A stretch of 64,000 nt of DNA. It comes from an uncultured Flavobacteriales bacterium (GTDB lineage Bacteria; Bacteroidota; Bacteroidia; Flavobacteriales; BACL11). The stretch's first letter is position 1; each line of letters begins with the position of its first letter. The DNA lies in NCBI GenBank assembly GCA_964004625.1, contig CAXFOB010000042.1:8791-72790 (forward strand). The letters run 5' to 3'. Position numbers and translations under genes: made by a program. The notes below the pieces were generated by a model. That model worked only from the letters and a program-made list of their open reading frames with translations, was not told the DNA's origin and did no database searches. Shown here piece by piece: positions 40,984-47,741 of the stretch.

Positions 40984-41957
40984 TATAAAATTTCAAATGT
41001 AAAGTGTTTTATATATTGGTAGGAACTACCATTATTCGGAATTTCAGTTATGTCATTCACATCATCTTTTATATATATTTTAAAAAATACTTCATCACCA
41101 GAAACTAAATCAGAAATATCATGAGTAATATTATGATAGTATTCCACTTGGTTCGAAGCATAATATCCCGCTTCTAAAATTGGGGTATTTACCACATTTA
41201 AACTAAGTTCTGGCTGTATGTGGAATTGAAATAAACTTTTGGAAAATTTCACTTTATTATATGTTAAGTTATTAGATGTGATATTATCATCCACTACAGA
41301 AAACCAAATATCTAAAGATTGTGTACCTGCAGGAACCTGAATAGTTCCTCTACCAATTCTAGGAAGTGCAATTGAAGTACCAGAAATAAACGCTACTACT
41401 CCTTGCATTTCTGGCTTGTTGTTTGGTTGAACAGCGGGATTCCCAAACATATCTTTCGACCCCTCTTCAATCCAAGTTTTTATATTAGCTATATGATCCT
41501 CCTTTTCGAGATGCCAGACATGTTCCTGACTTGGGTCATACACAATATCTGCTGTTAGAGGCATTACCTGAGAATTAGGGTCAAAAGTAGCACTTCCGTC
41601 AGAATTAGAAAGTAAACGAGCATATAACACGGACTCATCAATATCCCCTGCTTTTACTCTAAATTGATAATCTCCACTAGCATTATTCTTTATAACAGGT
41701 TGATAGACCAAGGTATTATAAGAACTTTCTATAGTTCTAAAATCTGGTTCAAAACTACCATCATGACAACCTGAATTTGCGCAATGAGGAACAAAAATAT
41801 TGTTATAAAGAGCAGCAAAATTTGTTGGGTCAGAAAAATAAGAAGTAGAATCCTCTAATGGAGGAAGTAAATCAGGATTATCGTATGGATTTATTGTTTC
41901 TTTCTGACAAGAAATACAAAAAAAAAGAAATAAAATATACAACCCAATAACTCTCAT
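40983..41957 (-). CDS. Lipoprotein with planctomycete-cytochrome-C-like (PSCyt-like) domain carrying CX4CH (operon member E)
   Basis: 324 aa with a lipobox, FFCISC. aa ~45-168 read IFVPHCANSGCHDG...FRVKAGDIDESVLYARLL...VMPL...IANIKTWIEEGS. This is colinear with the C..CH / G(D/K)..(E)S.L..R(L/I) / MP / L..WI..GA blocks of the PSCyt1-type domain. The C-terminal half looks like a beta-sandwich. Confidence 0.65.
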   Translation of the reverse strand: MRVIGLYILFLFFCISCQKETINPYDNPDLLPPLEDSTSYFSDPTNFAALYNNIFVPHCANSGCHDGSFEPDFRTIESSYNTLVYQPVIKNNASGDYQFRVKAGDIDESVLYARLLSNSDGSATFDPNSQVMPLTADIVYDPSQEHVWHLEKEDHIANIKTWIEEGSKDMFGNPAVQPNNKPEMQGVVAFISGTSIALPRIGRGTIQVPAGTQSLDIWFSVVDDNITSNNLTYNKVKFSKSLFQFHIQPELSLNVVNTPILEAGYYASNQVEYYHNITHDISDLVSGDEVFFKIYIKDDVNDITEIPNNGSSYQYIKHFTFEIL

Positions 41958-41958
41958 C

Positions 41959-43290
41959 TTATATCAAGTCAAAAAAGGAATTATTATTATATACATATCC
42001 AGAATTAATCACTTCTTGTTTAAATCCTAAAATTTCCGCAATAGTTGGGGTAATATTTACAATATCACCCACCCCATTAGTTTCACTACCAATCGTCAAG
42101 TTACTATCTATTCCTGGCCCAGCCATCAAATTAAATATTCTTCTGGCATTAGAGTCTGAATGGTCATAACCGAAAAATGCATTCGCATCCTTTATGTTAT
42201 TTGGTTCTAGATTTCTACCATGTTCTGGAGCTACTATAATAGAGGTATTACCTGCCATTCCAGGAATATTGTTTTGTATATAATCCCATAAGTGTCCTAC
42301 CGCATGATCTGCGGAATGTAAAGATTGTAAATATGAAGTAAAATTAGAATGACAACCATCTACATTAGACAAATACACCACTGTCAATGTTGGTTTAAAT
42401 CTTTTCATCACCTCACAAGCGTAACCTATGGTTTGTCCATCATTATTAGCAGCTGTTGGAGGAAAGGCAATAGTTCCATTTTCCTTTTTAACAAACATGT
42501 CTTTTACAAATTGTTTTATTTCTGCTTTTTCTTCAACTGTATTCCCTATACTAGGAAGTGCATTCCCTTGAGAATACCAAACATTATCTAAAAAATATTT
42601 CATCTTATACATAGGGTCTAGCTCATCATCCGGATGATATATTTTTGCATTTTTCAGGTGTTTTTCCCCATCCTCACCAAATGTAATAGTTGGAGCCAAG
42701 AAATTAGCCCCATACTGAGAACCGTAATTGTCATGCTCACTATAATCCAACAATGGAATAGAATTTCCAATGCCATTACCTACAAACCAACATTTTGTTG
42801 CTTTTTCTCCAGTATGTCTTCTTAAATATTCAAATATAGTTGGCATCAAAGGCTTTGCTCTTAAACCTTGCGAATACATGTAATTACCAGTCAGCAGTGT
42901 ATTTACTCCAGCATAATGCCCAACAGTAGAAGCATTTACCTCTCTAAACAATGTTCCCTGTTGTTGAAGGGTTTGAGATAATAATTTAGGAATAGGTATG
43001 TTTTCGTTATTTGCATTATTCGTTCCATAAACTAATTTATCAGTAGGAACTGAACCATCTAATAGATTATACATTATATTTCCTGCAGAAGGATAGTCCT
43101 GACTTCCATCCAGATACTGCTGTAATACAGATTCTTGCTGACGAACTCCTCCAGCAAAGGCTACAAATACCACATGATCTGCCATTCTACTTCCACTAGA
43201 AGCAAACAACCTTCCACTTGGTAAAATAAAAGGGACTGAAAGAGCCGCTCCTCCAATAGCAGTTTTTTTTATAAATTCTCTTCTTTTCAT
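41959..43290 (-). CDS. Tat-exported DUF1501-like protein (alkaline phosphatase/sulfatase superfamily) (operon member D)
   Basis: I start it at the ATG at 43290, giving MKRREFIKKTAIGGAALSVPF, a twin-arginine signal. The ORF-track start at 43347 would bury that signal. The blocks VVFVAFAGGV..., PEHGRN, GYDHSD and LMAGPGI occur in the same order as the DUF1501 conserved blocks I recall. Confidence 0.6.
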   Translation of the reverse strand: MKRREFIKKTAIGGAALSVPFILPSGRLFASSGSRMADHVVFVAFAGGVRQQESVLQQYLDGSQDYPSAGNIMYNLLDGSVPTDKLVYGTNNANNENIPIPKLLSQTLQQQGTLFREVNASTVGHYAGVNTLLTGNYMYSQGLRAKPLMPTIFEYLRRHTGEKATKCWFVGNGIGNSIPLLDYSEHDNYGSQYGANFLAPTITFGEDGEKHLKNAKIYHPDDELDPMYKMKYFLDNVWYSQGNALPSIGNTVEEKAEIKQFVKDMFVKKENGTIAFPPTAANNDGQTIGYACEVMKRFKPTLTVVYLSNVDGCHSNFTSYLQSLHSADHAVGHLWDYIQNNIPGMAGNTSIIVAPEHGRNLEPNNIKDANAFFGYDHSDSNARRIFNLMAGPGIDSNLTIGSETNGVGDIVNITPTIAEILGFKQEVINSGYVYNNNSFFDLI

Positions 43291-43291
43291 T

Positions 43292-43768
43292 TTAATAGTA
43301 CTGGTATTCGTTAGACAAAGCAAAAGCCATATAAACCATTTCTGCACTTACATTCGGATGAGATTCAAAGAAAGATATAAAAAACTCCCTTTCCGCCTCA
43401 GTTACATCTCTAACAAAAAATCTTTTGTAGGTATCCTCTATAAACAGATCCAAATTATCTCTCATAAGAGAATCAGAAGGAATAATAACCCCATTTTTAT
43501 TCATAAAATTAGAGAAAACAATCTCATGGGCAACTTCCTTATCACCTATAGACTGTATACATCTCGATATTTCGAACAACTCATTTGCAGAAAGCGCTTC
43601 CTGAAATAAATTTGCATATAAAATAGATATGAACTGATTACTACTTTTTAACTTATCTTTATTTGCATTATATGATGTTGCGTTTACCTCATTTAACTCA
43701 TATACATCATCTTTTTTACAAGATGATAAAATCAAAAATACAGATAATATATATAGTAGTTTTTTCAT
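43292..43768 (-). CDS. Small lipoprotein with DUF4214/DUF1549-like helical modules (operon member C)
   Basis: I start it at MKKLLYILSVFLILSSC, which contains a lipobox. Modules are ILYANLFQEALSANELFEI and TYKRFFVRDVTEAEREFFISFF. The C-terminus is ALSNEYQYY. Confidence 0.55.
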   Translation of the reverse strand: MKKLLYILSVFLILSSCKKDDVYELNEVNATSYNANKDKLKSSNQFISILYANLFQEALSANELFEISRCIQSIGDKEVAHEIVFSNFMNKNGVIIPSDSLMRDNLDLFIEDTYKRFFVRDVTEAEREFFISFFESHPNVSAEMVYMAFALSNEYQYY

Positions 43769-43772
43769 TTTT

Positions 43773-44684
43773 TTAATCAAAATGTGCGTATTCATCTGAA
43801 CTCAAAATTATTCTTTGAATTCTCTGGTAATCATTATACATTACTAAATCATTCATTAGTTCGTCTCTTTCTTGTGCATTTGCCTCTCTACCCAAAAAAG
43901 TAATGTAAGTCCAATTTACTAATCCCTCAAAAAACTCATCTGAATTACAAATTATAGTAGTAACATCATATTTACAATTGCCTGAAGATCCCATCAAAAT
44001 CTGAGTAGAATTATCATCAATCATTAATTTACACTCATTAAACTCATAATTTGTTGGATATCTGAAAAGTAGATTGTCAAAAATAGCGTTTATATAATTA
44101 AATGTATTCATATTAATGTCATCATAAATAGAATTATAAATCATCCTCCTGTGAACTTCAGAAACAGAAATAACACCGTTCCTGTATTGATTCTTAGACT
44201 TTAAGATATCGTTTAGTTTATTATACTCTAACAACCTTTTATATGCATTAATCATATTTCCAGCAATGGAATCTTTTTCGTACTCAAACCACCAATTCGA
44301 ATTTTGGTAATTGATATAAGAGTTTGATGCTCCCTCTATTAATCTTACCTTTACCAAATCATAAAACCTATGAAAATACGCCTGATTATAAGAGGAATCA
44401 CCCTCTATAAAAGTAGTGTCGAACTGAAGTTTATAAAGTAACTGATTCCTACTTTCAATTGTCACTTCATTATTCCTTAGAAACTGAACATCCTCTATCA
44501 TTTCATCATCTAGAGGCTCCCTACCCAACAAATCAATATAACATCTGTTTACATAGTTTTCTAGAAGTAAAGTAGGTATCTCACCATAATAGGGAGCATT
44601 ATTATTCGGTATAATATTATCCTCTTTCTTACACGAGCTTATAAGAAAAACTATACAAATAATATATACTAATTTTCTAGCCAT
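43773..44684 (-). CDS. Lipoprotein with repeated DUF4214/DUF1549-like LGRE modules (operon member B)
   Basis: 303 aa with a lipobox, FLISSC. Modules are CYIDLLGREPLDDEMIEDVQFL, IFDNLLFRYPTNYEFNECKLMI and TYITFLGREANAQERDELMNDL. The S-x-E-[FY] tails are ICNSDEFFEGL and the C-terminal ILSSDEYAHFD. Confidence 0.55.
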   Translation of the reverse strand: MARKLVYIICIVFLISSCKKEDNIIPNNNAPYYGEIPTLLLENYVNRCYIDLLGREPLDDEMIEDVQFLRNNEVTIESRNQLLYKLQFDTTFIEGDSSYNQAYFHRFYDLVKVRLIEGASNSYINYQNSNWWFEYEKDSIAGNMINAYKRLLEYNKLNDILKSKNQYRNGVISVSEVHRRMIYNSIYDDINMNTFNYINAIFDNLLFRYPTNYEFNECKLMIDDNSTQILMGSSGNCKYDVTTIICNSDEFFEGLVNWTYITFLGREANAQERDELMNDLVMYNDYQRIQRIILSSDEYAHFD

Positions 44685-44687
44685 TCA

Positions 44688-45863
44688 TTAATCAAAAATC
44701 ACTTTTCTATTTACAGAACCCTTACTGTTTTCTATCTTCAAAATATAACTTCCTTTACCTATATCTTCAGAATTTATATAAGTAGAATTATACAATCCAC
44801 CCCTTTCTATTACTAATTTACCTTCAACTGAATACAATGAAATATTAAACATATCATTTTCAGGAAAATCTATACGCATCCCACCCCTTGTAGGATTAGG
44901 ATAAATTTCAATTCTAGAAAAAACTTCAGAATAAACACCAGTAGCACAAGAATCTACAAACACTTCTATTTCTACCCTAGTTTCACATCCATTACTATCT
45001 AAAGCCTCACATACATAAATGAAATCTTGAGTTGGAGTAATTTCAATTCTATCTTGATCTTGATGTAATGGATTGCCTGTATTCCAATAATAATTAGATA
45101 ATCCTGGCGTCAATTCTATAACTAAAGTATCTCCTAAACAAATAATTGCAGGATTAGGAGCTGTATATGCAATTAATATTGGTTCTGGAATAACTTCTAC
45201 ATGCATAGTATCTGTAGCAACGCAACCTGTATCATTTGTGTATGAAAGAACATAATCTCCAGTAAGAGAAACCCAGATTTCATGATTAGTACTTCCTGTA
45301 TTCCACAAATAAGCACCATTTATATCATACACTGTTGGTTGTAATTGAACTGAATCTCCTTCACAAAATGTTGTTGAACCACTTGATGTAAGTTCTACAA
45401 AACAAGTTGTTGAAGATGTAGTGCAAGGCAGCCAACCTCCTGGCATTCCATTAGAAACAGCTGGAGTCCATCCTACTCCAGCGCAAATTGCAACACATGA
45501 GTTGGGATACATTACTCCATCACAACCACAAACTGGCATGTAAATCATAAGACATGGACAAATAGTAGTTGTATCAGGAATACAATTTTCGCAAATAGTA
45601 GTATCGCAACCACTTACTAAATCTGTTATAGTTACACACCATCCAGAATATATTTGAGTTTGATTTGCACCTGTAATACCATTGTTCCATACGTAATCAT
45701 ACATACTGATTCCATTTACTGTAGCGTTCATCATTGCAGGTGAAACCGCATAATCTAAATATACACTCCCTCCAGTTAAGTTACATGGAGTTATTTGGGA
45801 ATTTGCATTGAAAAATGATCCAAGAAAGATTATAGGGAAAAATAATTTGTAAAATTTTTTCAT
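44688..45863 (-). CDS. T9SS type A cargo protein with Kazal-like Cys-rich domain (operon member A)
   Basis: 391 aa with a signal peptide. aa ~94-127, CIPDTTTICPCLMIYMPVCGCDGVMYPNSCVAICAG, fits the Kazal core PVCG-x-DG-x-x-Y-x-N-x-C. Ig-like repeats follow. The C-terminus IEIYPNPTRGGMRIDF...GSYILKIENSKGSVNRKVIFD matches the Por secretion tail (TIGR04183 type). Confidence 0.75.
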   Translation of the reverse strand: MKKFYKLFFPIIFLGSFFNANSQITPCNLTGGSVYLDYAVSPAMMNATVNGISMYDYVWNNGITGANQTQIYSGWCVTITDLVSGCDTTICENCIPDTTTICPCLMIYMPVCGCDGVMYPNSCVAICAGVGWTPAVSNGMPGGWLPCTTSSTTCFVELTSSGSTTFCEGDSVQLQPTVYDINGAYLWNTGSTNHEIWVSLTGDYVLSYTNDTGCVATDTMHVEVIPEPILIAYTAPNPAIICLGDTLVIELTPGLSNYYWNTGNPLHQDQDRIEITPTQDFIYVCEALDSNGCETRVEIEVFVDSCATGVYSEVFSRIEIYPNPTRGGMRIDFPENDMFNISLYSVEGKLVIERGGLYNSTYINSEDIGKGSYILKIENSKGSVNRKVIFD

Positions 45864-45890
45864 TATTTTTTGTTTTATTTATATAGTCTT

Positions 45891-45898
45891 CAAAACTA
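45891..45898 (-). promoter_or_regulatory. -7 promoter box (TAGTTTTG on minus strand) upstream of the seven-gene operon
   Basis: Plus strand reads CAAAACTA, which is TAnnTTTG on the minus strand. It lies 27 nt upstream of the ATG at 45863. Confidence 0.4.
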
Positions 45899-45952
45899 CA
45901 TTTTTTAATTCAAAAAAACAAGAATTGTGATTTTTAGTCTGACACGTTCAAA

Positions 45953-46711
45953 TTATCGAATAAAGATCAATTTGTTTTCTGTAGACTCATCTTCAGATAA
46001 AATATAATTACTCCAATTGAAGAGTTTTATATCTTCTATAGTATTTATTTTATTTTTTATGATATAATTACACATTGCTCCTCTAGCTCGTTTTGCAAAA
46101 AATGAAATAACCTTTAACTTTCCATTCTTTATATCTTTAAATATCGGAGTGACTATCGGAACAGTTATCTCTTTAGAATCAAATACCTTAAAATATTCAT
46201 CAGAAGCTAAATTCACTAAGAAGTTTTCAGATTTTAACTCAGATAATAAATGTTTAGTTAAAATATCCTTCCAAAAAGAATACAAATTTTTATGCCCAGA
46301 AACAGACAACTTTGTCCCCATTTCCAATCTGTACGGAAGAATTAAATCAGAAGGACTCAATACTCCATACAAACCAGAAATTATCCTGATACTTTTATTT
46401 GCTAAATCTAATTCCGACTCAGAAAACTCATTTACCCTTATGTTTTGATACACCTCCCCCTTAAAAGCAAATAAAGCTTGCTTTGCATCATCTATAGAAA
46501 AAGGATAAGTCCAACTATCATTTCTCTCCTTATTTAATATCGAAAGTTTATCACTTAGCTTCATTAATTTAGATAATTGAAGAACTGAATAATTAGACAG
46601 CTCTTTCATTATTTCTTTAGACTGTTCAGAAAATAAGTAATCAGTATTCTTTAAACTCGATTTTTCATTACTAAAATCCAACTTTTTAGCAGGAGACAAA
46701 AGTATTTTCAT
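45953..46711 (-). CDS. yaaA: Peroxide stress protein YaaA (DUF328/UPF0246)
   Basis: 252 aa. The N-terminus MKILLSPAKKLDF and overall length are typical of YaaA. Confidence 0.8.
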   Translation of the reverse strand: MKILLSPAKKLDFSNEKSSLKNTDYLFSEQSKEIMKELSNYSVLQLSKLMKLSDKLSILNKERNDSWTYPFSIDDAKQALFAFKGEVYQNIRVNEFSESELDLANKSIRIISGLYGVLSPSDLILPYRLEMGTKLSVSGHKNLYSFWKDILTKHLLSELKSENFLVNLASDEYFKVFDSKEITVPIVTPIFKDIKNGKLKVISFFAKRARGAMCNYIIKNKINTIEDIKLFNWSNYILSEDESTENKLIFIR

Positions 46712-46718
46712 TTTATTG

Positions 46719-46726
46719 TATTTTTG
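46719..46726 (+). promoter_or_regulatory. -7 promoter box TATTTTTG upstream of the EamA-like gene
   Basis: Exact TAnnTTTG match, 20 nt before the ATG at 46747. Confidence 0.4.
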
Positions 46727-46746
46727 CTGTAGCTAAAATAATATTT

Positions 46747-47685
46747 ATGAATCGATTATTTGTACGTAATAAATTTTTTGTTCTTCACATAATGGTGATT
46801 ATCCTTGGATTTACTGGAATCCTAGGAAATGAAAGCTTTATTGAACTTAAAAACTTAGATGAGGAGATACAATCTAGTGCTTTAGTATTCTATAGAATGA
46901 TAATTACGTTTATCGTTTTGTTTATTTTCATCTCTATAAAAGATAATTTCTGGAACATTAAATTAAAAGATTTACTCAAGATTAGTTTTATAGGATTTAT
47001 TGTAGGTCTTCATTGGATTTTCTTTTTTGAATCAGTAAGAGAACATACTGTAATTGGAGTTATTTGTCTATCTACCTCATCTTTATTTACCTCAATTATA
47101 GAACCCATCGTTTTAAAAAGAAAGATTAGTCAACATGAAATATTATTAGGTATTATAATTATAATATCTATATGTGTTATGTGGTGGAACACAATAGATT
47201 TATCAATAGAAAAAGCATATTTATATGGAATTATATCATCATTATTAGCAGCGCTTTTCACGGTGCTTAACGCAAAATATATTAACAGGATTTCTTCAAC
47301 AAAATTATGTACAATTGAAATGTTTAGTGGAGCAATACTTGTAGCCACATACATCCTTTTTTTAGGACATTCTGAAGTTTTTCTATTTCATATTGAATCA
47401 AGAGATTGGATATACTTATTAATACTATCGATTATTTGTACTGCATTGGTTTTTGTTTTAATGACAGAGATAATGAAATATATTTCTCCTTATACTTTAG
47501 TAATGGCAGTCAATTTAGAGCCAGTATATACTGTTGTATTATGTCTTATATTATCTCAATTCTACCCTCTTTTGAAACATGAAATACAAGATTTAAACAT
47601 CTATTTCTATCTAACAGCCTCTTTTATGATAATATCAACAATATATCTAAATTATCATTTTAAGAAGAAAATAAATTTGACCTAA
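46747..47685 (+). CDS. DMT superfamily (EamA-like) permease
   Basis: 312 aa with about 10 predicted TM segments, arranged as two homologous halves. Confidence 0.55.
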   Translation: MNRLFVRNKFFVLHIMVIILGFTGILGNESFIELKNLDEEIQSSALVFYRMIITFIVLFIFISIKDNFWNIKLKDLLKISFIGFIVGLHWIFFFESVREHTVIGVICLSTSSLFTSIIEPIVLKRKISQHEILLGIIIIISICVMWWNTIDLSIEKAYLYGIISSLLAALFTVLNAKYINRISSTKLCTIEMFSGAILVATYILFLGHSEVFLFHIESRDWIYLLILSIICTALVFVLMTEIMKYISPYTLVMAVNLEPVYTVVLCLILSQFYPLLKHEIQDLNIYFYLTASFMIISTIYLNYHFKKKINLT

Positions 47686-47715
47686 ATATAAGGTTGAATA
47701 TTGCGTTTCCTTTAT

Positions 47716-47723
47716 TAAATTTG
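47716..47723 (+). promoter_or_regulatory. -7 promoter box TAAATTTG
   Basis: Exact TAnnTTTG match, 18 nt before the ATG at 47742. Confidence 0.4.
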
Positions 47724-47741
47724 CGAAAATAATTTTAAAAA

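Noticed and set aside
43291-43347. Longer N-termini offered by the ORF track for several genes: 43347 and 43795 in the operon, plus 16956, 20750, 35961, 58427 and 59274
   Set aside because: Each extension starts at a non-ATG codon or upstream of a clean Sec, lipoprotein or Tat signal. It would bury the signal, overlap a -7 box, or overlap the upstream gene substantially. The internal ATG starts give signal peptides at the true N-terminus and junctions of 8 nt or less.
42349-43609. Plus-strand ORFs (80, 63 and 83 aa) opposite operon genes D and C
   Set aside because: They are antisense to tightly coupled operon genes. They have Cys/Phe/Ile-rich nonsense-like sequences.
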